64,000 nucleotides of DNA from Nemertoderma westbladi (taxonomy: Eukaryota > Animalia > Xenacoelomorpha): the NCBI GenBank assembly GCA_032718475.1, contig JAUCBJ010000045.1:38527-102526 (forward strand), written 5' to 3'. A program made the translations under genes and the position numbers. How positions within the stretch are numbered: position 1 is the first letter of the stretch; the number at the start of each line of letters is the position of its first letter. Below, in pieces: positions 1 to 12,116 of this stretch. The notes under the pieces were generated by a model. That model did no database searches. It was given only the letters and a program-made list of their open reading frames with translations, and was not told the origin of the DNA.

Positions 1-2534
1 TTTGCTGTGTCTTTCCCGCTGTCCTCTTCTTGAGAAGCTTGGCTTTCGCCGTCGTCAGTATAACACACTGGTATTATCCTTCTCCTAGAAACGGGTTTCT
101 CACTTACCTTATTTTCCGATGTTTTCTCTCTGGACTGCCTTATGAGTTGTAATTTTACTTCACTATCTAAGAAAGACATGAGATCAGCCATGGTAGGACT
201 TCGTCGTTGTTGTTCATTCATGTTCAACACTTTCTTGTCCCAGCGTGTACATACTCCACCCTTTGGTAAAGTAGAGACTACGGCTCCAATAACCATGGAA
301 CTCTGATATTCATGCGACTTACCTAACCAGTCCAGTTGTCTACAGATCTCTTGAATTTCATCGGAAAACTCTATAATCTCGCTACTAAGGAAGTGTCGGG
401 GGGCTACTAATTTTGCATACAAATACTTAGCTATGTTATCCTTGTTACCATACCTGATGTTTAGTGTATCCCAAACTTGTCTTAATCCATTTGGATGTCC
501 AATAAACTTTAACGCCATTAACTTGGGAGGTCCTTCCAAGCACTTGATGAGGAATCTAAGTTTCTCTCCGTTAGATAGTACAGAGTTCTGTATGCTATCT
601 TTGTAATATTCGTTGAAAGGTAACCATTTCATCTCATCTCCATTGAATTTGACGATCTCTCCCACTTTGACCGCTTGGCGGGCTTCTGTTCTAGCCATCT
701 GACGCGTAAAGCTTTCTTGGGCCATCGTGTTATTTAATATCGAATTATCGGTATATAAATTTCTCGGATCATTATCAGGTCTATAGGGAATATCATTAAT
801 AACAGGTCTATAATCACCCTTAATAGGGTTTGCTATAGGAGTTTCAACTTCACTAGCAGTATAGATGCGTGTAGGCTCCACACCTTGCGCATGTAATACT
901 TCAGACCTAACGGGTTGACACAATGTTACAGGGGGCATTGGTATGCCTTTTTGTATATTGACTAATTTGTCGCGTTCTAGCGCGATACTTTGCTGCACTT
1001 CTTGCAACTCTGCTCTACCTTCCCTCACTGTTCCCTTAAGTTGGTGGACAGTCTCCTGCATCTCTCCTAGCAGAAGATTCATCCCCCGCCGTCCCTCTTC
1101 CACCCACTCAACCGCCGAAGCGGGAGTCGCCAACATAGTAGCGGGCTGACGCGGGACGACGGGAGACAAATTATTGATTTCTCTCTCTGCTATCTGGACA
1201 GGGGTATTTGAATGGACTGTTCCACCGGGTACAGGCAGTGTAGTGCTATGTAAAGGGAATTTAGAGTTAAGCTCTGGAAGTGTAGGGGTCTCTAGCACAG
1301 AAGTGACTTTGGGAACTACAGGCCTAATTATTTCAGGTTCATCGACTATAGTAAGGAGTCTTTTGACCTGGATAAATTGTTCTATAGGTTCTGCACTACC
1401 TAAATCTGTGCTAGTTAGCTGTCTTTTAACAGCTGGGGGCAAATCAGGCAATTTACGACGGTAATATGTTTTTCTACGCCTACTTAGATGAGATCTATCT
1501 CCTCCGCCTTCAGGGTCGGTAGTATCGCCTTCCTCCGATGATGTGTACCCCTGGCGCTTGGGAGTAGATTTTCTCATCATCTGCATTTGATTAGCAGTAA
1601 ACTGTTTATTTATACTGTCTTGTGTCTCTTGCAGATTCTCCAACTCCAGTTGGGTAGTCTGCTCAGATGCTCTCCTTTCTGCTTCTCTCACTGCCTTTGC
1701 CACCTTTCTTTCTGCTTCTACTTCTGCCGCTGCTGTCTTTCTTTCTGCTGCTGCTTCTGCCGCCACTGCCTTTCTTTCGGCTTCTGCTTCTGCCGTAGCC
1801 GCCGCCATAGCCGCCGCCTTTTGTTCCTCTATCCTTCTTTTCTTTATTTGTTCTTCTTGGACTCTAACGAGGCGGAGTTTTTCATCACATTCAGCTTGGT
1901 TTGCAGCTAACATTTCAGCATCGAGTGCGTCCAACACAAGCTTGGTTCCTTCACTATTAGGGCGAAGTCCAGACAGTCGTCTCCTCAACTCTTCGTCTCC
2001 TATGAATCGCTGATAGTCTGACAGATAGATGTCAATGGCATCTCTAGTTCGCGGCTTCTCTGCTGCTGTTAATTCGCTTTCCACTTCGCTTTCCACTTCG
2101 CTTTCCACTTCGCTTTCCACTTGAGGAGAAGCAGCGTCGGTTGATTCTTCAAAGGTTGGTCGCTCATCATAAACCGTATCCGCCATCTTCGCTCCGCGTT
2201 CGGGTCTCCGCTCAGCAGTATCCGAACAACTGGAGCCATCGGGCCGCTGAGAACTAGGTTCTGGGCTAGGAGGTTGCTGCTGTTTGATAGCTGCTTCTTG
2301 ATCCCGCTTGACTTGGGCCCGAGTGCCGATGATAGACCTACGGTGTTCTACTAGTCTAGGGTCTGACACTACTACGGTAGGGATGGCCTTTCTTACAGCA
2401 GGAGGTGACTTAGACTTGGATCTAGGATGTTCTATACTGGGATCTGGGTCACTGATCTTTTTAAGACACTGTCTAACAGTCATTCTAACACTTTCCAAAA
2501 GACTATCCGACAGTGATTGGGTTGTGTCCGACAT
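1..2534 (-). CDS. BEL/Pao Gag polyprotein (Ala/Glu/Lys coiled-coil N-terminus + DUF1759-type capsid region), continuing beyond the window edge
   Basis: ATG at 2534 (MSDTTQSLSD...); the same frame holds at 1082 (GMNLLLGEMQ) and 179. Absent from the ORF track, consistent with no stop before the edge. Lacks ~180 codons present in A2 (in-frame indel near 2165) and has a 12-bp VESE repeat at 2075-2122. Confidence 0.85.
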   Translation of the reverse strand, partial: MSDTTQSLSDSLLESVRMTVRQCLKKISDPDPSIEHPRSKSKSPPAVRKAIPTVVVSDPRLVEHRRSIIGTRAQVKRDQEAAIKQQQPPSPEPSSQRPDGSSCSDTAERRPERGAKMADTVYDERPTFEESTDAASPQVESEVESEVESEVESELTAAEKPRTRDAIDIYLSDYQRFIGDEELRRRLSGLRPNSEGTKLVLDALDAEMLAANQAECDEKLRLVRVQEEQIKKRRIEEQKAAAMAAATAEAEAERKAVAAEAAAERKTAAAEVEAERKVAKAVREAERRASEQTTQLELENLQETQDSINKQFTANQMQMMRKSTPKRQGYTSSEEGDTTDPEGGGDRSHLSRRRKTYYRRKLPDLPPAVKRQLTSTDLGSAEPIEQFIQVKRLLTIVDEPEIIRPVVPKVTSVLETPTLPELNSKFPLHSTTLPVPGGTVHSNTPVQIAEREINNLSPVVPRQPATMLATPASAVEWVEEGRRGMNLLLGEMQETVHQLKGTVREGRAELQEVQQSIALERDKLVNIQKGIPMPPVTLCQPVRSEVLHAQGVEPTRIYTASEVETPIANPIKGDYRPVINDIPYRPDNDPRNLYTDNSILNNTMAQESFTRQMARTEARQAVKVGEIVKFNGDEMKWLPFNEYYKDSIQNSVLSNGEKLRFLIKCLEGPPKLMALKFIGHPNGLRQVWDTLNIRYGNKDNIAKYLYAKLVAPRHFLSSEIIEFSDEIQEICRQLDWLGKSHEYQSSMVIGAVVSTLPKGGVCTRWDKKVLNMNEQQRRSPTMADLMSFLDSEVKLQLIRQSREKTSENKVSEKPVSRRRIIPVCYTDDGESQASQEEDSGKDTA

Positions 2535-3869
2535 ATTTGTTTACACAGTCGAATGCCTACAGCTATAAATACAGTTAAAGCAAGTCTAGTAATTCAGTAT
2601 CACTGCTAGCCTAATAATTAATTACCGATACTGCTACTTAATATAGCGGGATATATATATATTATATCAGAATACCGGTATGCTTATAGTATATATAAGT
2701 ATTATTACAGACTAGATTTGCCACAGAGTACCGGTGTATAAATTTAGCACAAATATATATATAAATATATAAATATATAATAGGCCTATCGTGGATACCG
2801 GTATACAGCTTACACTTATAATATATATAAAGTATAACTATGAACTAAAATTAATTACAGAATACCGGTATGATTTCAGCTCAAATTTATAGAAATAAAT
2901 ATAATAAGCCTATGGTAAATACCGGTATGTCAATTATTTTAGAATAATTGAATTTCTGAATATTTAGGGTTACTTGGTTACTTTAACTTACTTTGTTACC
3001 GTTATTTAAGCAGTAGTCCAACTGATTTTGAGACCTAGTTGTTGTATGGCAGGCCTACTACTTATAAATCGTTTGAGTTGATTTATAATAGATATATACC
3101 CGTTTAAATGGGTTTTTTGTCAATATGTGAAATAAATGTTATTATTTCTGGGGGAATCACTACACAGAAGCTGTGCGCTGTCAGTGAAGTGTTACTTATT
3201 GAGACACTAAAACAGATTATTCTAATTTACCTAAGTTACTTATCTACGAATTACTTACGATATGGGTGAGATTAATTCTCTAATTAAACACAACAAAATA
3301 TTACGTACGAATTTTTAGGGTAATTTTACAGGAAGTCTACAAACCAGTCCAACAAAGGGTTAGATTTCTGGTTATTACCAAGGACAGGGTACTAAGGGAT
3401 TTAAATAATAAGTAGTAGTAAATATATTGTACTGTCCAGATAGGAAAATACCACCGCCTGACGACCTATAACCGTATCGCTATAGGTACTACGTTATGTA
3501 TCACGGATTGTTCCTACCCAGAAGCTAATAGAGCTAACGAATGTGCCTATCAACCACTTTACAACACAAATATACTGCCTACACTAATTACTTAGGAAAG
3601 CACTGTACACTAAACCCTAAATTAGGTACAAGTACCGGTATAACAAATAATCAGTAGTTAAATATACTTGAACAGTTAAAAGAACCACGGCATCTGCTGG
3701 AGTGACCGAAGCACAAAGTCGTCAGTCTTTACCTACGCCAAGCAGCCCTGATGTAGTACCGGGGTTAGTTTAACTATAACGGTATGTGTAACAAGCACAA
3801 TTACTGTAGGAATAAACTTGGGGACATGAATGTTGCGAATAATCGCATAAACTCTGAATAATAAATATT

Positions 3870-4440
3870 ACGCTACCCGTACAGAATACTCAAACAAAAT
3901 ACAAACCAAACGCTGGCAAACTACTATCAAGCCTAAACAAACTACAGTATGTGCAGATTCTGAAACTGTTAGTTAGTATGCGTGCTAACACGGTAGTACG
4001 ACTTACTCTTTAAGAGGGGATTGTCCTTACAGCATATGGCTGCCCCAACTTACTAACGGCACTTGATCAGACCAACTCTACACACGCAGCAATCCCTTCA
4101 GACCTAAAAATAGCTAGACAACAATCCAGCCTACAAATATTTGAGTAATAACTATTACGGTACCTGAACAGACCACACGACAAACAAACACAGGCTAAAA
4201 CACTGACAGACTACGATCAAGCCTAAATAAACTACAGTATATGCAGACTCTGAAACTGTTAGTTAGTATGCGTTCTAACACGGTAGTACGACTTATTCTT
4301 TAAGAGGGGATTGACCTTCAGCATATGGCTGCCCCAACTTACTAACGGCACTTTATCAGACAAACTCTACACACGCCGTAATCTCTCCAAACTCAACAAC
4401 AGTCAGACAGCAGCCCAGCCTACAATTATCTGAACAATCT
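3870..4440. repeat. Two ~295-bp tandem copies in the family A leader (equivalent in A2 at ~18250-18830)
   Basis: ATCAAGCCTAAA(C/T)AAAC...AGTATGCG...TGGCTGCCCC block occurs twice in each element. Confidence 0.8.
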
Positions 4441-6050
4441 GAGCAGGGTCACACGCCTTCTGCTCAATATTAGCCTACTAGTAAATAAAACTGACAGAAA
4501 TAGACCTAAGTAAAATCCCAATAAAAACCAGGCGTCCCCGATTTAATATCGAGACCTACCGGTATACAATAATCAAAATCGAATAATACTAAATGTACTT
4601 GTACAGCAGTACCGGTACCGGTGATGACAGTTAGGCCTACTGACCTACAGAAGCACCGGTTCAGTTTTACCAGTCACTACGGTATTTTGCAACCTTATTG
4701 CCTACTGCAATAAGATTATAAACTGTTACTGTTCACCAGAACAGTATTAAACTGTATTTAATGCCTACACTTGCAACCTTATTGCCTACTGCAATAAGAT
4801 TATAAACTGTTACTGTTCGCGCTTTCGAAGACCTTTAGCAGTTTAACCTGCCAAAATTTATATGTCTTTTCGTTAATTAAAACCACTTTAGCATACGACA
4901 ATAATTTATGCTAATACGCAAAACATTAGCCGAAGTCAGCCCATGCGCGATCATTCACCCGATGGATCTACACCCGGGAGACTGAATTCGGATGCTTGAA
5001 TTGTATTATTACAGTGTAAGGTTGCAGTGTATACCTAATGTATTATTCGATAGATCGTTAATAATTAATCTCTGACAGATATTATTGGCTTTCGGGAAAT
5101 ATTAACAGTTCCTTTAGGACGTGGCGCTTTATCTATTTAAACAGAACTAAGACTTATACTAAACGCAACGATACTGCTTATGATTAAAGTATAAAACGTA
5201 TTCTTTAGGAAATACTTTGTTACCAATCACAATCATACACACTCTTCTGCCGACAGTCAGTATATTTGATCACACATAAAGAGAGCAGTAATTGACTCAC
5301 GTAGGGTCTGCTAAATAACATTGGATTCAATACACACCACATTAATATAAATCGCAATTGTTATTTATAGCCGGTCTCTCTAACCTGTAGTGTTATCAAG
5401 AAAATTGGGAATTGGGTGATTTATCCGTATTATCCAAATAGCGATATTTCCATCAACAAATATTTACAATTAATAACTGACGGTAAAATAACAGTACAAA
5501 CAATATGATTAATGAATTAGTGAGTGATTTAAGTCAGGATTGATGAGGTAACAGTTTATACTTTCGATAATTCAAGCAGTTTACGGTACAGCAGTATTGG
5601 TTACAAAATGCCGGTGTTTCTGGCTTAGACAGCAATAACAACAAAAGTAACAACTCTCTCTCTCAGTAAGACAGAACACTCTCCTTATGATCGGCAGGAA
5701 AGCTACACGTCGACAGGAAAAACCGCCCTGATTGGCCCAAGCCAAACAAAGAACCACGCGGCCAATGGCTGTTTCCATGTCAACAACCAGCTGCTAGATG
5801 TCGTAATATGAATCATCACGGCTAAGCTGTGAAAGGTGGTTTGTGCATTACAAGTTTTTGTCTTACCATGTCCGCTAAAACACGTATATAGCAGAATGAT
5901 TTTTATGTCCGTTAAAACACCTGTAAAGGTACCTTGCGGGCGAGGGGAATATATATACAGTTAGAAAACCTTTTTTAGAGTATTCCAGCGCCGGGGGGGG
6001 AACTGGCCAGCAAAGGCAAACGTATCAGTTATCCCACAAAAGCTTTTACA

Positions 6051-6935
6051 GTCTCACTAGGGAATGAGGAGTTCTGATCGAGTATTCCGAAACTCTGATC
6101 ATAGGTTTATTTAAGGATCGTCTGAGTCGAACGAGCGTAGGGGATACATCAAACAAGTTTCGCTCGAAACTCCCATAAGTATAGCGAGTAAAACCGTGTT
6201 TAAAGCAACGTCTCCGCGGATGTTTATGTCTTTCCGTTTGTTGGTTGGGTCTTGGGCATTCATCGCAATAATACCCAAAAACGTACGTCTTGTAGGGGAA
6301 ACGCGAGTGATCTTTCTCCAGCTTACAATATTCCTCCATCCGTTCGAAGCTATTCGGTACAACAGGTAGCGGTCGATCGGCGGTAAGATACATCATAGTG
6401 GAATAGAGCCGTTTGAGTCCTACCATGTGGTCATGATGTATACCTTGAGGATATCGAGTTTCTAGATTCTGTTGACTGGTAATATCGAGATAGGTTTCTC
6501 TCAAGAATTCCAGGTATTTGCTGAAGTCGCTGCGTTTATCCGGCTCTTCAACATCTGCACTTTCGAGTCGGTTTCGAATAGAATTTTCGTGTTCGAGTCT
6601 CAGTTTATCGTTCCGCTTCCGCTGGGTATGATATTTAAATAAACCATTTCCCTTTGGTGTCTATATCATTCGTATCGTGTAGGTTGATAGGATGACCAGT
6701 AGTTAAGAAGTCCACATACGTACCATTACGATGCGTATAGCGAGCGGTGAATTTTCTATAGTCCAACTCACGCGCAAGTTGCTCCCGGGACATTGGCGGT
6801 TAGATATAACGACCATCGTCCTCCGTAGTAGTTGGACCAGCGTCGCCGCGTATCAAGATATCGACAAACGCTTGTAAAGGTAGAGTATATCGCTCCCTGA
6901 TACCAAGATCATCTTCTATCAACTCAATCATATCT
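6051..6935 (-). pseudogene. Degraded extra ORF of unknown function in the 3' region of A2, cut by the A1 insertion
   Basis: The 152-aa ORF frame extends upstream to 6660. A second frame (MIELIEDDLG...RYI*PPMSREQLARELDY...KGKWF) joins through a frameshift near 6640-6660. The apparent stop at 6046 comes from the A1 terminus. Contains CDEC...HKH...C. Confidence 0.5.
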
Positions 6936-7764
6936 GCTATATAAGTTTATCCATATTATAATGAGTTTATATTTAGGCGAGCGGGCGTCGCTGCCTACCC
7001 CTCTCTGCCCCCGGACAGTGCGAGATCCTCAGCGCTGGTGTACTTTCGCCGATGTGCCTATCGCCAACGTCGTAGCTGCACAACGACTACAACAACCAGC
7101 ACGAGCCACTCCACCGTCCATCCCAAAGGCTTAGATATACTTCAGGTTCTTACTGGAGAGTTAGGGTTACTTTCACAATTGCGACTCGCTACTGTAAACA
7201 CACCTTAGTAGTAACATTCACCTACAAACGCACAAATTCCACGTAACAGTCACAAATGGTACACATTCTATCACACATTCGGGTCATTTGTCCGTTAGTC
7301 AAGTGCCTTCCAGAATGTCACGTTGTTATTATGTATCCTTGGATACTAGCGGTGTGCTATTTATTCCGTATGTTATTCAATACGCAAGCCCTTTATTGTT
7401 CTTTTAACTCACTTCTAATTCTAGCGTGGTTGTTGCCATGGTGACATTATGGAAAGCTAGCGGTAGAATTAGGGTAATTCTCATGCATACAGATCTGGGA
7501 TGCTATTTAATAGTAATTCTTTAATGGTCAATATCCCCTTTATACATGATTCTATGAATTTTATCGGCTATTGACTATACATTGGAGATTCTCGCACACA
7601 AATACACTTAATAGAGTGAATCTCCGCTCCCATGATCTATTAATTAATGGAATTTTGGGAATGTTATAAATTGTATAAAATTGCAATTTATTAAATTCAT
7701 TAAAATATATGAATTTAAATTTATTCCCGTAAATTTTATTATTTAATGTTAAATTGACACAATT

Positions 7765-8030
7765 TGATTCCAGAGCAGGTCTGGGGACATAGGATCCTTA
7801 ATTCTAGGAATTTTGTCCTTTTAAGAGTATCGGTAAGTGCTACGATATCTTAATCGACTAGAATTTTAAAGGATCTGATATTTGACAGATTTTTGTAAAT
7901 ATTAATAATTAATATTTAGGATGGGCACCAGTTTATTCCAGAACTTGTCTGGGGACGTTAACCACTGATTCTAGAATTTTGTCTTTCAAGTATATCGGTG
8001 GGTGCCGCGATATCTTAATCGACTAGAATT
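7765..8030. repeat. Degenerate duplication (~170-bp spacing) in the A2 3' region
   Basis: ATTCCAGA...GTCTGGGGAC...GATATCTTAATCGACTAGAATT occurs at ~7767 and ~7935. Confidence 0.6.
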
Positions 8031-8579
8031 ACAGATGGTCAAAGGGTTTAACAGATTTATTTTGCGTTATACGCTACTGTTAAAGGGACATCACGCTACT
8101 ATATGTATTATTTAATATACGGTATGAGAGCAATATCGCACGAAGCAATGTCAGTGTGAAGAGGCAAGTCGTTTCCAAGGTCTACCCAGAGCTTGGTTTA
8201 GCCGAGACACGAGGATCTGAACTTTGCATTCCTAATACTCTGCCTACCAATAATACTTGAATATAGTAGTGGCTTTATTGTACTTTAATAAGTACGGATA
8301 TTTCATCTTACTGTAGTCACGTATTTATAATATGATACGGGCAGTAAGGAAAGAGAAAAATAATTATTTCTCGCCGTCGCACTAAATATATAATATACGT
8401 AATTAAGTAATAAACGCGAATATATATTGCACTAATCTACTAAATAATCACTAAAATAACCATACTACTAAATAAAATTAAATAAAACGATTAAAATAAA
8501 ATTACATAATAATACATACATAAATATAAAAATAAAACAAATACAAAATAATAGAGTCACACACCCACTCCATATGTTG

Positions 8580-11500
8580 TTACGTTATGGAGTCCCTAGA
8601 TGTTTGAAGGATTAGGGAGGTGGTCGTGGGAAGAGAATCTTGCCTTCCACAGTTTCCGGAGAGTCCTCCATTCCCTTCCGGTAAACACAAACGACCGACT
8701 GGGTGATTGAGTCGCTGCATCCCGAATACAATTCCAGGTTTCCTCTTCGTCCTGGAATAGTGACGATAGAAACATCGCTCTAGGTACACGACGGCCTTAC
8801 AAAGCCGATTCCAGGAGCTATAGTGGTCCGTCGCTCCCTGCAGGAGAGGTGAGAGTCCCTGCGAGACGTCTGATGTTCCAGAGCTCCAATCGCTCTCTCT
8901 GATCTTCATGAAGGATCCACTCGCGGTGGGGAGGTCCAGATCCACGGCGTCGTCCCTGGCAATATGTAATACCGACAGATCTATCCCGGGTTCAAATAAC
9001 TCCGATCCACCCGTCCGGGTTTTAGGTTTGACTTTCTCCGCTCCCTTGGCTGGTCTAATCTCAGTCGGAGTAAGATGGGGAGGCCATTCATCCTCCTTAC
9101 TCAGGAAGTCGGGTTCACCTAACCGGTCTGTAGTATCTGTCAGTTCTTGAGGAGTTGCTCCTCTGGAAGCGATGTCAGTTGGATTAAACTTCTTGGGGCA
9201 ATATCTCCATTGATCTACATTGGAGCTAATATCGTCATTATCTGAGGAGTATGGTGTTCCCTCAGTTGGGTCGTCTCCCTCACTAGTATCATCTTCCCAT
9301 TCACTCACCTGGCAGACGCGATCTTGAAGCAGTCTTTCTCTGAGCGTTCTTCGGGAAGGTCCAGTAAGGTACCAACCTACTCTAGTTCTTACCGCATAGG
9401 TCTGAAGTGGTTGCGGTTGAGCAGGTCGTTTCTCCAATGTCTCCAGCGCCTCATGCGCGTTTTGACCGATTAATATTTGTACTCCAGGATAATCGGTGTC
9501 GAATCTAGGAATGTTAAGTTGTTGGGCATGATCATCTTCGTCCCAATTATAAGGTTCCACTTGGGTGGTAGCGAAGTTCTTTATTGCCACCATTTTGACT
9601 GACCTTATACTGTATTCTCCTAGTTTATCCTGTGGAGTGGACAACTCACCTATATAATAGTCGGCAGCCACAGCAGATTTCCAAACCTGCATGATCCCTG
9701 ACATGTTTAGCTTGGTTCGGAACTTGGGTTGTCCAGCAAAGATGTCTTCGGCTAGTTCTTTATCGATGAATGTTCCTGTGCTGCCGGAGTCCAGGAGGGC
9801 GTTCACTATATAGCTCTTCTGAGGTCCGTGGACCCGTAACTGGACTACAGGAAATTCTCGGATTCCTACATTTGAAGTTGGCGCTTTCCAAGATTGTTGT
9901 TGATCTGAAGTAGTTAGGGTGAGGTCGCTGTCTGTATCTTTTTCATGAGTGAGTGCTCGATACACTGCGGTATTTATCATGTAACAGGATTCGTTTTCGT
10001 CGGAGAACTCGTCCGTATAGAATCCTTCCATCTCAGATTGATCAGTGTCGTTCACATCACTGAATTGGACATGTAGTTCGGAATCACTCACCTGACTCGG
10101 ACTATTTCGCTCGAATTCAGTGTGCAACAAGATATGATGTTTCGCACCGCACTTTGCACACCTTGCGTCGGAGTAACAGGTTCGCCGTTGGTGTCCTCGT
10201 CTGAGGCAATTATAACACAACCGCTTATCCCACATGACTTCACGTCTGTCCTTTAGAGATTTCCTCAGGAATTCATCACACGCACTTAAACGGTGGGGCC
10301 CATCGCACAGCACACATTTGGGCTTGATGTTACTTACTTTAACATGTGCTGTGTGGTGCACGTTCGTTCTTTCCTCGGGCTTTCTCACCTGAATTCTCTT
10401 GGGAGACGTAGGAGGAGTTTTTCTTACCTGTTCTCTCCTGTCATTGGTTCGAGACTTGAATTTACTTACCTGGTCTTTAGGCGTTTTGTTGTCATAGTAA
10501 GATCTTTCAGTGTCTTTCCCGCTATCCTCTCCTTGAGAAGTCTGGCTTTTGCTGTCGTCTGTATAACACACTGGTATTACCCTTCTCCTAGAAACGGGTT
10601 TCTCACTTACCTTGTTTTCCAGTGTCTTCTCTCTGGACTGCCTTAGGAGCTGTAATTTCACTTCTCCATCTAGGAATGACATGAGATCAGCCATGGTAGG
10701 GTCTCGTCGTTGTTGTTCCATCATATATAACACTTTCTTATCCCAGCGTGTACCTACTCCACCCTTCGGTAAAGTAGAAGCCACTGCTCTAATAACCATA
10801 GCACTCTGATACTCATGAGACTTACCTAGCCAATCTAATTGTCTGCAGATCTCCTGAATCTCATCGGAAAACTCTATAATTCCGCTGCTAATAAACTTTC
10901 GGGGCGCTACCAACTTTGCATACAAATACCCAGCTATGTTATTCCTATTACCATACCTGATGTTTAGTGTATCCCAAACTTGTCTTAATCCGTCTGGATG
11001 TCCAATAAACTTTAACGCCATTAACTTGGGAGATCCTTCCAAGCACTCTATGAGGAATCTAAGTTTCTCTCCATTAGATAGCACAGAGTTCTGTATGTTA
11101 TCTTTGTAATATTCATTAAAAGGTAACCATTTCATCTCATCTCCATTGAACTTGACGATCTCTCCCACCTTTACCGCTTGCCGGGCTTCGGTTCTAGCCA
11201 TTTGACGCGTAAAACTTTCTTGGGCCATCGTGTTATTTAATATCGAGTTATCGGTATATAAATTTCTCGGATTATGATCCGGTCTATAGGGAATATCATT
11301 ATCAACAGGTCTATAATTACCCTTAATAGGGTTCACTATAGGAGTTTCTACTTCGCTAGCAGTATATATGCGTGTAGGCTTCACACCTTGCGCATGAGAT
11401 ACTTCAGACCTAACAGGTTGACACATTGTTACCGAGGGTGGTGGTATACCCCTTTGAGTATTTACTAATTTATCGCGTTCTAGCGCGATACTTTGCTGCA

Positions 11501-11585
11501 CTTCTTGCAACTCTAGCCTACTTTCCCTTACTGTGCCCTTGAATTGCTGGACAGTCTCCTGCATCTGCCCGAGCAGGAGATCCAT
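8580..11585 (-). CDS. A2 Gag-protease polyprotein, C-terminal part; RT and integrase deleted
   Basis: DUF1759-like region (KFNGD...KLRFL...LEG), BEL triple zinc knuckle (CVLCDGPHRLSAC, CYNCLRRGHQRRTC, CAKCGAKHH), protease LLDSGS. Then only remnants: WRYCPKKFNPTDIASRG, YSSWNRL, PVGRLCL. Confidence 0.85.
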   Translation of the reverse strand: MDLLLGQMQETVQQFKGTVRESRLELQEVQQSIALERDKLVNTQRGIPPPSVTMCQPVRSEVSHAQGVKPTRIYTASEVETPIVNPIKGNYRPVDNDIPYRPDHNPRNLYTDNSILNNTMAQESFTRQMARTEARQAVKVGEIVKFNGDEMKWLPFNEYYKDNIQNSVLSNGEKLRFLIECLEGSPKLMALKFIGHPDGLRQVWDTLNIRYGNRNNIAGYLYAKLVAPRKFISSGIIEFSDEIQEICRQLDWLGKSHEYQSAMVIRAVASTLPKGGVGTRWDKKVLYMMEQQRRDPTMADLMSFLDGEVKLQLLRQSREKTLENKVSEKPVSRRRVIPVCYTDDSKSQTSQGEDSGKDTERSYYDNKTPKDQVSKFKSRTNDRREQVRKTPPTSPKRIQVRKPEERTNVHHTAHVKVSNIKPKCVLCDGPHRLSACDEFLRKSLKDRREVMWDKRLCYNCLRRGHQRRTCYSDARCAKCGAKHHILLHTEFERNSPSQVSDSELHVQFSDVNDTDQSEMEGFYTDEFSDENESCYMINTAVYRALTHEKDTDSDLTLTTSDQQQSWKAPTSNVGIREFPVVQLRVHGPQKSYIVNALLDSGSTGTFIDKELAEDIFAGQPKFRTKLNMSGIMQVWKSAVAADYYIGELSTPQDKLGEYSIRSVKMVAIKNFATTQVEPYNWDEDDHAQQLNIPRFDTDYPGVQILIGQNAHEALETLEKRPAQPQPLQTYAVRTRVGWYLTGPSRRTLRERLLQDRVCQVSEWEDDTSEGDDPTEGTPYSSDNDDISSNVDQWRYCPKKFNPTDIASRGATPQELTDTTDRLGEPDFLSKEDEWPPHLTPTEIRPAKGAEKVKPKTRTGGSELFEPGIDLSVLHIARDDAVDLDLPTASGSFMKIRESDWSSGTSDVSQGLSPLLQGATDHYSSWNRLCKAVVYLERCFYRHYSRTKRKPGIVFGMQRLNHPVGRLCLPEGNGGLSGNCGRQDSLPTTTSLILQTSRDSIT

Positions 11586-11852
11586 GTGGCAGTTCAAGTA
11601 TATAAAACACTGGTTCGGTAATTTTCTACAATCCAAAAATGTCTATAATCAAAAACTAAGTAACATATATCAATAATTCTTATACACTCCTAATACTAAT
11701 ACTCATCCTAATACCAATATACTTCACCAATATTAAGGCACTAACTCAAAAATGTATATAACCAGCTGTTTGCCTTAACCAACCAATATACATTACATAT
11801 TACACAATGTAGTCCTTCAATTAACGTACAGTATACTATGGGGATTGTCACA
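11585..11852 (-). repeat. Probable 3' LTR of element C; PPT/LTR junction tandemly duplicated (11811-11935)
   Basis: Minus strand reads GTCGGGGAG (PPT-like), then TGTGACAATCCC...CTGCCACA, downstream of the integrase stop. The ~63-bp junction segment occurs twice. Confidence 0.6.
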
Positions 11853-12116
11853 CTCCCCGACAAAATATGCAAATAGTCTTTCAATTAACGTACAGTATAC
11901 TATGGGATTGTCACACTCCCCGACAAAATATGCAATTACGACAACTTATACCATTCCACCAATAACTGCAATATAGTTACAATAATGACAAAACATAAAT
12001 GTGACAATGCTGTACAATACAAATCTGTATCAATAATTATATGCAAAAATATCTCACTTATAGTTACACAGTCACAGTTACTTATTTGATGCACGACACC
12101 AACCCTACAGTTAGGT

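Larger units (their letters stand above)
1..6050 (-). mobile_element. BEL/Pao LTR retrotransposon, family A copy 1 (A1); 5' part only, runs off the left edge
   Basis: Colinear homology to A2 over gag (1-2534 vs 10525-11585 + 15022-16918) and leader (2535-6050 vs 16919-19705 + 31481-32045). Both copies end at the same terminus, minus-strand TGTAAAAGCTTTTG (6050 and 32045), a typical TG LTR start. Inner LTR boundary and PBS not resolved. Confidence 0.85.

Noticed and set aside
5400-6050. A1 5' LTR as a shared LTR of a tandem A1-A2 dimer
   Set aside because: No PPT next to 6050, it interrupts an ORF, and it is strongly diverged from the A2 terminus; nested insertion fits better
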